Position numbers and translations under genes: made by a program
In this document: one piece after another, positions 40,088 through 50,246 of the stretch
How positions within the stretch are numbered: position 1 is the first letter of the stretch
Layout of the letters: the number at the start of each line of letters is the position of its first letter
Assembly: GCA_965207065.1 (NCBI GenBank)
Contig: OZ242260.1
Location: 1,664,001-1,728,000, forward strand
DNA: 64,000 nt
Source: a bacterium
Lineage (GTDB): Bacteria > UBA8248
Direction: 5' to 3'
The notes under the pieces: generated by a model
Told to the model about the DNA's origin: nothing
Seen by the model: only the letters and a program-made list of their open reading frames with translations
Databases searched by the model: none

Positions 40088-40137
40088 CAGGACAGTTTCA
40101 CATTGCCGGTTTGGGGTGTCTGTATGGAATTTCCGGT

Positions 40138-40950
40138 ATGACGGTTAATCTGCAAGTAAATCGGGTTTCGAAAGAATTCATCGACCGGCGCTCCAAATCA
40201 ACGGTGCGGGCGCTGGATGAAATTAACCTCGAGGTCCAAAAAGGCGAAGTCATCTGCATCCTCGGTCCCAGCGGATGCGGAAAATCCACCCTCCTGAATA
40301 TCATTGCGGGATTCCTCCCCCCTTCGGGTGGGGAGGTCCGCGTCGATGGGCGTCCGGTCATCGAGCCGGGACCCGATCGGGGTTTCGTCTTCCAGGAATT
40401 CGCCCTTTTCCCCTGGCGGACGGTGCTCGAAAATATCGAATTCGGTCCTGTCCTGAAGGGGATGGAAAAAGCCGACCGGCACGCCCGCGCACGGGAGCTC
40501 ATCCAGCGCATCCACCTGACGGGATTTGAGGACAAATACCCTTTCGAGCTTTCGGGCGGAATGAAGCAGCGCGTCGGGATCGCCCGGGCGCTGGCGAACG
40601 ATCCCGAAGTGCTTTTGATGGACGAGCCTTTCGGCGCACTGGACGCCCAGACGCGCCGGGTAATGCAGGAAGAACTCCTGAAGCTTCTCGGTGAAACGAA
40701 GAAAACCGTCCTCTTCGTGACCCACGCCATCGACGAGGCCATCGTTCTGGCCGACCGGGTGATGGTCATGACGGCCCGCCCGGGCCAGGTGAAGGCTCTT
40801 CTCGGTGTTGACCTTCCCCGTCCCCGGGAGAGGACTTCTCCCGAATTCAACGAACTGTACCGGATGATGGACGACCTCATCCGGGTCGAAGTGGAGAAGT
40901 CGCTGGAAGTGCAGGATTCGGATTCCGCGGCTTCGGGAGAGGGTGCATGA
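40138..40950 (+). CDS. NitT/TauT-type ABC ATPase
   Basis: GPSGCGKST, LSGGMKQR, DEPFGALD. Confidence 0.93.
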   Translation: MTVNLQVNRVSKEFIDRRSKSTVRALDEINLEVQKGEVICILGPSGCGKSTLLNIIAGFLPPSGGEVRVDGRPVIEPGPDRGFVFQEFALFPWRTVLENIEFGPVLKGMEKADRHARARELIQRIHLTGFEDKYPFELSGGMKQRVGIARALANDPEVLLMDEPFGALDAQTRRVMQEELLKLLGETKKTVLFVTHAIDEAIVLADRVMVMTARPGQVKALLGVDLPRPRERTSPEFNELYRMMDDLIRVEVEKSLEVQDSDSAASGEGA

Positions 40951-41717
40951 ACAGAAAAATGGTGACGCGCGTCATCTCTATCGGGGGATTGGTTATTCTC
41001 TGGTTCGTGGTCACGTATTACAAATTGGTCAATCCGCTCTTTTTGCCGCCTCCCAAGGAAGTTCTGGAAGGAGCGGTTGATCTTTTTCAAGCGGGTGAGT
41101 TGCGGGAGCACATAACCGCCAGCCTTTGGCGGATGTTCATGGGCTTCGTCGTTGGTTCTTTTACCGGCGTAATTATCGGAATCCTGATGGGCCAATTCCG
41201 TTTCTTTCACGCGGCGATAGGGCCATTGGTCGAAATCATCCGGCCCATTCCCGGCCTGGCCTGGATTCCGGTGGCCCTTATCTGGTTCGGTATCGAAGAC
41301 GCCTCCAAGGTATTCATCATATCCATGGGAGTGTTCATCGCCGTTGTCACGAATACCTTCGTGGGGGTCCGCTCGCTGGACCCGGTTCTGGTGCGCGCCG
41401 CGCGCAGCCTGGGGGCCACCCGCCGGGACATTTTCTTCCGCGTGGTCCTTCCCGGAACCCTCCCTTACATCTTCACCGGTTTTCGGCTGGGCGTTCAGGT
41501 TTCTTTCGCCTTGCTGGTTGCGGCGGAGTTGGTGGGTTCTACATCGGGCCTGGGATTTCTGATTCAGGACGCCCGGAATTATTTCCGCGGGGATTTGGTC
41601 ATCCTGGGTATGGCCGTCATCGGCGCCCTGGGATTCAGCATCACGCGCCTCGTGGAAATCGCGGAGAGGTGGTTTCTCCGCTGGCATTCCAAGAGCCGGG
41701 AAGGCGCGTTCTACTAG
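40947..41717 (+). CDS. NitT/TauT-type ABC permease
   Basis: RPIPGLAWIP, AARSLGA, VAAEL. Confidence 0.92.
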   Translation: MNRKMVTRVISIGGLVILWFVVTYYKLVNPLFLPPPKEVLEGAVDLFQAGELREHITASLWRMFMGFVVGSFTGVIIGILMGQFRFFHAAIGPLVEIIRPIPGLAWIPVALIWFGIEDASKVFIISMGVFIAVVTNTFVGVRSLDPVLVRAARSLGATRRDIFFRVVLPGTLPYIFTGFRLGVQVSFALLVAAELVGSTSGLGFLIQDARNYFRGDLVILGMAVIGALGFSITRLVEIAERWFLRWHSKSREGAFY

Positions 41718-41725
41718 GAGAGACG

Positions 41726-42499
41726 TTGCAAACGCAATCTGTGTCAGGCCGATTTGGAATATCCACCATCTCGGTGGCGGGGTTCGTCGTCCTTTGGCAG
41801 CTCTCCGTCACCCTCGGATTGGTGGACCCGCTCATCCTTCCGTCTCCCTGGATGGCCATCCAGTCCGGAATCAGGCGTGCGGAAGGGGGTGAGCTTCTTC
41901 ACCACATCATCGCCTCGGTGCTTCGTATCACCGAGGGGTTCTTTCTGGGCTCCGTCATCGGCATCTTGCTCGGTTTGCTCATGGGTCAGGTCCGGATCAT
42001 CGGCGATGCGCTCGAACCGATCGTGGACATATTCCGGCAAATACCCGAGGTTGCGTGGATTCCCCTCGCCATCCTGATGTTCCAGATGGGAGAGGGTTCC
42101 AAGATTTTCATCATCACCTACGGCGCGCTGTTTCCCGCCATCATCTGCACCTTTGACGGCGTCAAGCTGACCGAGCCCTCCATCATCCGCGCGGCGCGCT
42201 CCCTGGGCGCGAGCAAGAGGCAGCTTTTCTGGCGGGTCACGCTGCCCGCCACATTGCCCCACATTATGACCGGGCTGTGGATCGGACTCGGCTACGCTTT
42301 CCGCGGGCTCATCGCGGCCGAGCTGGCGGGGGCGCAGGAGGGAATCGGGTTCATGATCATGCTGGCGCGGGAAGACAACCTGACCGCGGACGCTTTCATG
42401 GGCATGGCGCTCATCGGGGTGATTGGCTTTTGCGCCATCTACGGCCTGGGCGCGGTCCGCAACTACTTTCTCCGCTGGCACGAGAGCACGCAGGAGTAA
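41726..42499 (+). CDS. NitT/TauT-type ABC permease
   Basis: 3' part of track ORF 41126-42499. TTG start after AGGAG; RQIPEVAWIP, AARSLGA. Confidence 0.88.
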   Translation: MQTQSVSGRFGISTISVAGFVVLWQLSVTLGLVDPLILPSPWMAIQSGIRRAEGGELLHHIIASVLRITEGFFLGSVIGILLGLLMGQVRIIGDALEPIVDIFRQIPEVAWIPLAILMFQMGEGSKIFIITYGALFPAIICTFDGVKLTEPSIIRAARSLGASKRQLFWRVTLPATLPHIMTGLWIGLGYAFRGLIAAELAGAQEGIGFMIMLAREDNLTADAFMGMALIGVIGFCAIYGLGAVRNYFLRWHESTQE

Positions 42500-42555
42500 G
42501 GTTTTTCATTCGGCCCGTCCTCCCCTTCCACCCGGGCCGGGCGGCAAGACCCCCG

Positions 42556-42663
42556 CATGGACGAGGGCCGGATAGTCGAGCGGAACGAACCCCACGAATC
42601 CTTCCACAACCACAAATCCGACCGCACGAAACGCGTCCTGAGCCAGATACTCTCGCATTAGGG
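42556..42663 (+). pseudogene. Degenerate duplicate of the aapP 3' end
   Basis: Translates as MDEGRIVERNEPHESFHNHKSDRTKRVLSQILSH*, versus Aap[35 protein letters not shown] (38561-38668). Confidence 0.9.
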
Positions 42664-42692
42664 TCAATCGCGACTGGTGGAGGAGTAAAAAA

Positions 42693-42976
42693 CACTCCCC
42701 CCTTGAGAGGGTTGTTGAATAAGTCCCGTAGGGACAGGTCGCGACCTGTCCCTACAACGTCCGTAGCAGTTTCGTTCGTCATTCCGGCGTATGCCGGAAT
42801 CCAGAGCTGATGAGAACGAAGACGCGGAGACTTCTAGCTCTCTTGATGAACTGATTCTATATGGTGGTGAAAGACAAAAAGATAAAACCCCTGGATTCCG
42901 GCATGCGCCGGAATGACGGCGGTGGACAATTGCGACCGAGGAGGGGTTTTTCAATAATCCCATCAAGGGGGGAGTG
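42693..42976. mobile_element. Nested composite of inverted-repeat elements
   Basis: Outer inverted repeats CACTCCCCCCTTGA/TCAAGGGGGGAGTG. Inside are the REP at 42728-42755 and the CGTCATTCCGGC pair at 42777-42804 / 42891-42918. Confidence 0.75.
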
Positions 42977-43086
42977 GTTCCGCCATATTCTAAAGGGAGG
43001 ATGTCTCCTCAAGGGGTCAATCCCGAACAAGATGCAAAACGTAGGATAGCTCTTCCCGTTCAAACCACAATCAGCTTCACTAACCC

Positions 43087-44772
43087 CTAATCCGGCGGCC
43101 CGTAAGCCCCCGGTGCGAGGGCTTCGATGTCGGTGACGACGTCGAGGATGACGGGGCCTCCCTTCATGCTGAAGGCCTGATCGAACGCACTTCCAAGTTC
43201 GCCCGGTTTTTCCACGCGGATGCTCGCGGCGCCCATGGACTTTGCGATTTCGGTGAAGTTCGTCTGGTTGAAATGCCAGAGTTCGTGCGCCTTGCCGCGC
43301 TGTTCCCCGCCGTAGGCGTCGTCGAAAATCTTGGTCTCCTGGTTCTGGGAGCCGTTGTTGTTCACGAGAATGACGGCGTTGATGCCCCATCGCACGGCGG
43401 TCTCGACTTCGCCGATGTGATACCAGAAACCCGCATCACCCGTGAAGAGGACCACGGGACGCTCGGGCGCGCCGCACTTGGCCCCCAACGCCGCCGGGAA
43501 TCCCCAGCCCAGGTGGCCCGCCGCGCGCATGAAGCTGACGTCGGGGCTTTTGAGGTCCAGGTAGCCGCCCGTCCACATGCCCGAATGTCCGGTGTCGGCC
43601 AAGACGATGGCGTCGGACGGCAGATGCTCGCCCAGCGTCTTGCAGACGCGCTCGGGCCGCATGGGCGAGGCGTCCGAGTTCAGCAGCGGCGCGAATTCCG
43701 CACGCCACGCAGCGCCCACTCCCTCGACGCGGGATAGCCACGCCGCCCGCGCGGGGACTTCTTCCGCCGCTTCGATGAGTTTACCGAGCGAGATTTTCGC
43801 ATCGCCCATGATGGAGGCCTCGAGCGGGTAGTTGCGCCCGAGTTCTTCGGGGTCGATGTCGAGTTGAATCGCTTTGACCCCGATTTTCGGCACGCGCCAG
43901 AAGTGGGTGGTCATGCCGCCCGTCTGGGTGCCGATGAAAAAGACGAGGTCGGCTTCTGACACCAGTTCGTTCGCGCTGCGTCTGGAATAAGAGCCCACCA
44001 CGCCGACCGATAAGGGGTGATCGCCCGGAATGGATTCCTTGCCGTTCATGGAGGTGGCGACGGGAATTTGCAGCTTCTCGGCAAGCGCCACCAGCTCCGC
44101 GTTCGCGCCCGAGGTCCTGACGCCGCCGCCCGCGACGATGATGGGCCGCTCGGCTTTCGCGATTACTTCCAGCGCGTGGGCGATGCTTGCAGGTTCCGGT
44201 TCGGGCCTGTAGGCGGGAACTTGCCTGAAATTCTCCTCGACGATCAATTCCAGATCGGCCACGTCCTGCTCCACCTGCCCCAGGTTCCCGCCGAAGCGCA
44301 GGTGCACGGGGCCGGGCGTACCCGAAGTGGCGACGCGGAAGGCCTGGCGCAGCAGATCGGGAAAACGCGAAACGTCATCCACCGTGGCGTTGAACTTGGT
44401 GACCGGGTCGAACGCGCTGATGTCTTCTGTTTCCTGGTAGGCGTTCCGGTAGCGGATCTGCGGCGTGGTGCCGCCTGTGAAGGCGATGAGGGGCGCGCAG
44501 GCGAGGTGGGCGTCGCGCAGGCCCGCCGCCAGGTTCACGCCGCCCACGATCTGCGCCATGCAGACGCCGGGGCGGCCCGAGGCGCGCGCGTAGCCATCCG
44601 CCATGTAGGCCGCAGCCTTCTCCCCGTGCGTCAGGACGCGGGCGATGCCCGTGCCGCGCTCATCCATCTGGGCGAGTGAGTGGCTCAGAATCGTCGGCAC
44701 AAAGAAAATGTGGGTGACGCCGTAGGCGTGGAGGGCGTCAGCCATGAACTGCGCCCCGCTCATCTTGGGCAT
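43087..44772 (-). CDS. Thiamine diphosphate-dependent enzyme (acetolactate synthase-like)
   Basis: HGEKAAAYMADGYAR, PGPVHL and the GDAG...NN ThDP motif. Confidence 0.92.
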   Translation of the reverse strand: MPKMSGAQFMADALHAYGVTHIFFVPTILSHSLAQMDERGTGIARVLTHGEKAAAYMADGYARASGRPGVCMAQIVGGVNLAAGLRDAHLACAPLIAFTGGTTPQIRYRNAYQETEDISAFDPVTKFNATVDDVSRFPDLLRQAFRVATSGTPGPVHLRFGGNLGQVEQDVADLELIVEENFRQVPAYRPEPEPASIAHALEVIAKAERPIIVAGGGVRTSGANAELVALAEKLQIPVATSMNGKESIPGDHPLSVGVVGSYSRRSANELVSEADLVFFIGTQTGGMTTHFWRVPKIGVKAIQLDIDPEELGRNYPLEASIMGDAKISLGKLIEAAEEVPARAAWLSRVEGVGAAWRAEFAPLLNSDASPMRPERVCKTLGEHLPSDAIVLADTGHSGMWTGGYLDLKSPDVSFMRAAGHLGWGFPAALGAKCGAPERPVVLFTGDAGFWYHIGEVETAVRWGINAVILVNNNGSQNQETKIFDDAYGGEQRGKAHELWHFNQTNFTEIAKSMGAASIRVEKPGELGSAFDQAFSMKGGPVILDVVTDIEALAPGAYGPPD

Positions 44773-44810
44773 GTTTTAATAATCCTCAGAAATATTGGGA
44801 AAAGAAGCCG

Positions 44811-45605
44811 TCAAATTCCTATCATTTGTTTCGCCTCGTCCACGTTCGCGATTTCGCGGCCCATCTCGCCGGCGATTCTGGCGATTCGCGCGACGTGATC
44901 GGCGTTGTCGCCCAGTTCGCCGGGGTGGAGATAGGGCTCATCCTCGGTGCCCACGCGCACGTGGCCGCCGTGCATAACGGCCATCGTCTGCATGTGGATG
45001 TGCGTGGGGCCTGTGGCGCTCGTGATGTAGACCGAATCGGCGGGCAGGTTCGAGACGCGGTGCAGGAACTCGCTCAGCGAGGGCGGCGACCATGCCCCGC
45101 CCGGACGCCCGAAGAAACACGTCATGAGAACGGGCGGCTCGAGTAGCCCTTTCTGGAGCAGGTCGTCGATCATCCAGGTCTCGCCCAGGGTGAAGACCTC
45201 GAACTCGGGCTTGACGTTGTAATCCCTGCACAGCCGCATCATCTCGGCCAATTCCTCGCGGGGGTGGAGCATCATCACGTCGCGCGCGATGAAGGCCATG
45301 TTGTGCGCGCCGACGGCGACGGACATCATCTCGGGATGGTTCTTCACCACCTCTTTTCGCTGCTCGACCGTCTGGGTGGAGATGCCGTACTGGAGCATGA
45401 TTCCGCACCTGTCTCTGATGGCTTTCGAGTGAGACGCCCAGGCCTCGTAGTTCGTGGGCGGCGCATGGATGTGGGCGGTGGAAGCGCCCGCCTCATAAGC
45501 CTTTTCCACCGAGTCGGCGAGGACTTCAGAATCCGCGAAACGCTGCGGCACGCCCTCGTGCATCGAGGTGTCCGCCGCGCAGTTGATGATCATCATTTTT
45601 TCCAT
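44811..45605 (-). CDS. Beta-keto acid cleavage enzyme (BKACE/DUF849)
   Basis: AGASTAHIH, KPEFEVF, GGHVRVGTED. Confidence 0.9.
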   Translation of the reverse strand: MEKMMIINCAADTSMHEGVPQRFADSEVLADSVEKAYEAGASTAHIHAPPTNYEAWASHSKAIRDRCGIMLQYGISTQTVEQRKEVVKNHPEMMSVAVGAHNMAFIARDVMMLHPREELAEMMRLCRDYNVKPEFEVFTLGETWMIDDLLQKGLLEPPVLMTCFFGRPGGAWSPPSLSEFLHRVSNLPADSVYITSATGPTHIHMQTMAVMHGGHVRVGTEDEPYLHPGELGDNADHVARIARIAGEMGREIANVDEAKQMIGI

Positions 45606-45637
45606 GAAGCGCTCCTTTATGATGCCGTAAGTTTCCT

Positions 45638-46441
45638 CTAGTTCATGCCGAGTATCTGCTTCGCCTCATCGACCGTGGCCGGGTCGCGGCCGAGTTCGTG
45701 GCCGATGCGCGCGATGCGTGCGACCAATTGCGCGTTGTTCTCGCACAGCACGCCCTCGGTGTAGTAGGGCTCATCCTCCGTTCCCACGCGCACGTGGCCG
45801 CCCTCGATGATGGTGACGGTCTCGAGCGCGTTCGAAGTGGGGCCGGCCGAACTGCACGAGAAGACGCAGCCCTCGGGCAGATGGTCGATGCGGTGGAGAA
45901 GCTCCTTGAGCGTGGCGGGAGCGTAGAAGCCGCCCGGCCAGCCAAAGAAGATGGTGATGACAACCGGGTCTTCCACCAGCCCCTTGTCCAGCAGCCATTC
46001 GAGGTTCCACAAGTGGCCCAGGTTGAAGCATTCGAACTCGGGCTTCACGCCGTGGTCGTTGAACAGGCGCACCTGGTCTTCTATCTCCTGGCGGGAGTGC
46101 TCGACCAGCAAATCGGCGTCCACGAAGGCGAAATCATGGGATCCTAAGGCGATGGAGGCCATATCCGGCTTCAAGTGGATGATCTTCTGTCTTCCAGGCA
46201 GGCCCATCGCGGCGATACCGAACTGGATAAGCACCTCGGGGCAGGCCTCGCGCACCGCGTTCGTGAGCGGCTCCCAGCTTTCGAGCTTCATGGGGATGCC
46301 GTGGATGTGGGCGATGGCCGCGCCGGCCTCGTAGCTGTCCTTTATCTCTCTGGCAACGGCGTCGGGCGTCTGGAGCCGCTTGGGCACGCCCGCGTGCTTC
46401 CGGGTGTCCGCCGCGCAGTTGGTGATGATGAGTTTCTCCAT
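45638..46441 (-). CDS. Beta-keto acid cleavage enzyme (BKACE/DUF849)
   Basis: AGAAIAHIH, KPEFECF, GGHVRVGTED. Confidence 0.9.
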   Translation of the reverse strand: MEKLIITNCAADTRKHAGVPKRLQTPDAVAREIKDSYEAGAAIAHIHGIPMKLESWEPLTNAVREACPEVLIQFGIAAMGLPGRQKIIHLKPDMASIALGSHDFAFVDADLLVEHSRQEIEDQVRLFNDHGVKPEFECFNLGHLWNLEWLLDKGLVEDPVVITIFFGWPGGFYAPATLKELLHRIDHLPEGCVFSCSSAGPTSNALETVTIIEGGHVRVGTEDEPYYTEGVLCENNAQLVARIARIGHELGRDPATVDEAKQILGMN

Positions 46442-46478
46442 TCGGTGCGCTCCTCAGGCTGTGTTTCCGGTTATTGAT

Positions 46479-47252
46479 CTAATCCAGGGAACCTTCCACG
46501 TAGAGGAGGTTTCGGATTCTCTGCGTGAGTTCGACGAACATCTCATCGCCCATGGTGGAGAGCGAACGCGGGCGGGGGATGTCGACGGTGATGATCTCCG
46601 ATATCCGGCCCGGCCTCGGCGTCATGACGATCACCCTGTCGCCCAGGAAAACGGCCTCGGGGATGGAGTGGGTGATGAAGAAGACGGTCTTCTTGCTCTC
46701 CAGCCAGATTCGCTGGAGTTCCAGGTTCATCTGCTCGCGCGTCATGGCGTCGAGCGCACCGAAGGGCTCATCCATCAAAAGCACGTTCGGGTCGTGGATG
46801 AGCGCGCGGATGATGGCGTTTCGCTGGCGCATGCCGCCCGAGAGTTCATGGGGGTACTTGTCCTCGAAACCATCGAGACCCACGAGTTGGATGAGGTCGT
46901 GCGCGCGCGGGAGCGTTTGCTTCGCGTCCAGCCCCAGAATCTCGGCGGGCAGCATGGTGTTCTGGAGCACGTTCCGCCACAGGAGGAGAACCGGGTCCTG
47001 AAAGACGATGCCGACGTCGTTTCGCGGGCCGTCGATGGGCGTGTCCTTGAGCGAGCAGGCGCCGGACGTCTTGGCGAGCAGGCCGCCCAGGATTTTCAGC
47101 AGCGTGCTCTTGCCGCAGCCGCTCGGACCGACGACGGAGACGAACTCGCCCTCAGCGATCTCGAAGTTGATGTCCGTCAGGGCGTGCACGATCTCGCGGC
47201 TCGCGGTGACGTATTCCTTCTCCAGGTTCGTTACCGAAATATATGCGTTCAT
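46479..47252 (-). CDS. NitT/TauT-type ABC ATPase
   Basis: GPSGCGKST, LSGGMRQR. Confidence 0.93.
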   Translation of the reverse strand: MNAYISVTNLEKEYVTASREIVHALTDINFEIAEGEFVSVVGPSGCGKSTLLKILGGLLAKTSGACSLKDTPIDGPRNDVGIVFQDPVLLLWRNVLQNTMLPAEILGLDAKQTLPRAHDLIQLVGLDGFEDKYPHELSGGMRQRNAIIRALIHDPNVLLMDEPFGALDAMTREQMNLELQRIWLESKKTVFFITHSIPEAVFLGDRVIVMTPRPGRISEIITVDIPRPRSLSTMGDEMFVELTQRIRNLLYVEGSLD

Positions 47253-47313
47253 CTTTCTCCGAAACCCCCGGCGAACGAATCGCCGGGGGCGATTTCCTTA
47301 GATTGTTCGTCTC

Positions 47314-48234
47314 TTAAGCGCCCATCGTCTTGTCCGTCTCAGGCGCCCAGAAGAGCACTTTTTTCTTCACGAAGCGCACCACCTGGTGCATTCCCAGGCC
47401 CATGCACGAGAGGATCACCAGGATGGCGAACGTGCCCGTGGTGTCGCTGCTGAAGCTCATCTGCATGAGCAGAATGCCCAGACCGCACTGGCCGCGGCCG
47501 CCCCACATGCACTGGCCCGCGCCGACGAACTCGCCGAGAATCGCGCCGAGCAGACTGAACACCACCGCTATCTCGAAGCCCGCGAAGATGAAGGGCAGGG
47601 CGTTGGGGAACTGCATCTTCCAGAACATCTGCCAGCGCGAGGCGGAGAGCGAGCGCATGAGGTCTATCTGGTCCGACGCCGCGGACTTGAGCCCCACCAT
47701 GGTGTTCACCAGCAGCGGGAAGAACGCCACGAGACCGGCCAGGAAGATTTTCGACTTCACCTCGTAGCCGAACCAGATGATGAACAGGGGCGCGATGGCG
47801 AGTTTGGGCAGGGTCTGGAACGCGACCACGTAAGGCATGATGATCGCCTCGACCCATTTCGACTGCATGAACGCCAGCCCGAGTCCCAGCCCGATGAAGC
47901 TGCCCATGAAAAAGCCCATGACGGCCTCGAACAGCGTGTGGCTGATGTGGTTGTAGAAGCTCGTCTTCATCAGCCCCATGAAGTCCGCAGCGCCCTCGAC
48001 TTCCCCGCCCACGTCGTAGAAGAACAGCCCGCGCAGAAGCGCCGTGGCCACGCCCGAGGGCGCCGGGAAGATGAAATCGTCCACCTCGAAGTAGGTCACC
48101 GTCCATTCCCAGACGATGATCAGCACCACGAAGGAGACGGCGAAAAGCAGATACGGCCTTTGCAGCAGCGTCTCCGAAAGCGTGGGGCCGCCCGCAGCCT
48201 TCGGGGCTTCGTTTTTCCGGTCAGTAGTCGCCAT
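47314..48234 (-). CDS. NitT/TauT-type ABC permease
   Basis: QTLPKLAIAPL, FFPLLVNT, GEFVGA. Confidence 0.92.
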   Translation of the reverse strand: MATTDRKNEAPKAAGGPTLSETLLQRPYLLFAVSFVVLIIVWEWTVTYFEVDDFIFPAPSGVATALLRGLFFYDVGGEVEGAADFMGLMKTSFYNHISHTLFEAVMGFFMGSFIGLGLGLAFMQSKWVEAIIMPYVVAFQTLPKLAIAPLFIIWFGYEVKSKIFLAGLVAFFPLLVNTMVGLKSAASDQIDLMRSLSASRWQMFWKMQFPNALPFIFAGFEIAVVFSLLGAILGEFVGAGQCMWGGRGQCGLGILLMQMSFSSDTTGTFAILVILSCMGLGMHQVVRFVKKKVLFWAPETDKTMGA

Positions 48235-48246
48235 TTCGCTTGCCTC

Positions 48247-49389
48247 TTACTTCTGCATCTTCATCATCGCCTTGAATTTTTTCAACTCCTTGGCGAAGTC
48301 GAAGCTCTTGGCGCGGTTGATGACCTCATTGCGGTCGAAGTCGTTGACCTCGTCAATCAGCTCGTTCGTGTACAGCGATTTCACCTGTTCTTCGGTCAGC
48401 TTCTTGTCCAGTCCCACGAACTTCACGTACTCGGCCCATTCGCCGTCGTGGTGCGCGCCGAACTTTTTAATCTTTTCATCATCCAGGCGCAGCTTGGGCG
48501 CGCGCGACTTGAGCACCTTGATCATCCGGGCGGTGGCCTGCGCGTCGCTCATTCCCTTGGGCTTCGATTCGGGGTAGAGCACCCAGTGGATTTTTAGCGC
48601 GGCTTCGGGGTTCGTGTAGAAGAAGAGGCTGCCCTTGGCCAGACCGCGCAGAAAGCCCACCACGGTGTCGCGGTTGTCCGCCAGGAATTTTGTGTTGATC
48701 CACACGACGTTGCCGAAGAGATTCTGCGTCCAGTCCTTCTGGTAGGGGATCATGTCGAACTTGAATCCGGCCGCCTTCGCCAGGGTGTACTGGATGTCCA
48801 CGTTCGCCCAGGCCTCCACGCGGCCGAGCTTCATGGCGGCGGCGGCTTTGGAGGCGGGTCCGACGGGAAGATACGTCACTTCCTGCTTGTCGGCGGGGAT
48901 GCCGCAGGTCTCGAGCGCTTTCCGCACGAAGATGGGGCCCGAGTCGCGCTGGCTCATGACGCCGACTTTCTTGCCTTGTAAGTCGCAGACGGACTTGATC
49001 TTGCTGCCCGGCGGCACGGCCACGCCGTCGGCGTAGATGGCGTCACGGTTCAGGATGTAGACGCCCTTGACGGGAGGCATCTTCTTGCCGCGCGCGGCGC
49101 GGAAGAGAATCGGGATGGGCCTCGGCAGGCCGACGTGCGTGCGGCCCGAGAGCACCCAGCCCATCGCCTGCGCGCCGCCCTGGGCGGCGACGAACTGCGC
49201 GTCCACGCCGTTCTCCTGGTAGTAGCCCAGGAAATTTCCGATCCAAAGAAACGATATGCCCGGGTTGAACAGCGGGTTCGCCATCGTCACCTTGATGTTC
49301 TTGAGCTTCATGGCGTCGGACGGCGCCGGCGCCGCGACGAGAAACGCGAACAGGGCCGCGACGGCGATTACGAGTCGAAACTTTTTCAT
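48247..49389 (-). CDS. NMT1/THI5-like ABC substrate-binding protein
   Basis: Signal peptide, GYYQENGVD, DLQGKKVGV, NPEAA. Confidence 0.88.
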   Translation of the reverse strand: MKKFRLVIAVAALFAFLVAAPAPSDAMKLKNIKVTMANPLFNPGISFLWIGNFLGYYQENGVDAQFVAAQGGAQAMGWVLSGRTHVGLPRPIPILFRAARGKKMPPVKGVYILNRDAIYADGVAVPPGSKIKSVCDLQGKKVGVMSQRDSGPIFVRKALETCGIPADKQEVTYLPVGPASKAAAAMKLGRVEAWANVDIQYTLAKAAGFKFDMIPYQKDWTQNLFGNVVWINTKFLADNRDTVVGFLRGLAKGSLFFYTNPEAALKIHWVLYPESKPKGMSDAQATARMIKVLKSRAPKLRLDDEKIKKFGAHHDGEWAEYVKFVGLDKKLTEEQVKSLYTNELIDEVNDFDRNEVINRAKSFDFAKELKKFKAMMKMQK

Positions 49390-49436
49390 GAGAGTTCTCC
49401 TCCTTGGGAATTATGAGTCAGCTAAAATCACTCGTT

Positions 49437-50204
49437 CTAATCCTCTACTATCGCTACCGGGCGCACCCACGCGCCGCTCGCGTCCTTCACGTTGATCGGA
49501 AAGCAGCATATCTTGAAGCCGTGCGGCTTCGGGATCGCGCCGATGTTGGTGATCTGCTCAATCTGGAAATACTCGCGCTGCCTGCCGAGGATGTGGTGGC
49601 AGGGCATGAGGGATTCGCGCTTGCCCGCCTTGAACTCGGGCACCTGGAAGCTGAAGGGCCTGTCGAAACCGAAGGCGTCGATGGCGATGACGCGCACGCC
49701 GCGATCGAGTAGATACTCCGTCGCCGGGATGCTCATGCCCGGGTGTAGTTCGGGGTAGTCCGGGTTGTCTCGGTGCTCGTCCGTGCCCGTCCACAGGAGC
49801 ACGATGTCGCCCGCCTTGACCTCGTAGTCGATCTTCGTGAGGCACGCCTTGATGTCCTCTTCGCTGATCCAGTCGCCTGTATTCTTATGCCTTAAATCCA
49901 GCACCACGCCGTCGCCGTAGCACCACTCGAGCGGCACCTTGTCGATCTTGCGGGAGGGTTCGCCCGCCACGGTGGGGCCGTAGTGCCAGGGGGCGTCCAT
50001 GTGGGTGGCCGAGTGGGTGGATACGGTGACGAACTCCGCCGCCCCGCCCACGCCGTCGTGAAGCTCCTCTATCGGGATGTCCCAGGTCTTGGCCGAGCGC
50101 GCGCCGAACTCCTCATGGTCGAGGTAGGTGACCTCGGGCGGGCGCGGCTCGTTCGAGCCGTTCATGATGGGGGTGCTGAGATCGATGAATCTGGTAGCGC
50201 ACAT
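49437..50204 (-). CDS. Cyclase family (kynurenine formamidase-like) metal hydrolase
   Basis: IDLS, THSATHMDAPWH, GAWVRPVA. Confidence 0.9.
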   Translation of the reverse strand: MCATRFIDLSTPIMNGSNEPRPPEVTYLDHEEFGARSAKTWDIPIEELHDGVGGAAEFVTVSTHSATHMDAPWHYGPTVAGEPSRKIDKVPLEWCYGDGVVLDLRHKNTGDWISEEDIKACLTKIDYEVKAGDIVLLWTGTDEHRDNPDYPELHPGMSIPATEYLLDRGVRVIAIDAFGFDRPFSFQVPEFKAGKRESLMPCHHILGRQREYFQIEQITNIGAIPKPHGFKICCFPINVKDASGAWVRPVAIVED

Positions 50205-50246
50205 GGCCTTTCCTTTACTGGTTGGAAACCGTTTTAGCCGGATCGC

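Noticed and set aside
41126-41725. Apparent 457-aa permease, and similarly 59413-60906
   Set aside because: The extensions overlap the preceding permease in another frame, and internal starts with an RBS exist.
42807-42875. CTGATGAG as a hammerhead ribozyme core
   Set aside because: I could not find a stem II closed by GAAA or the flanking stems.
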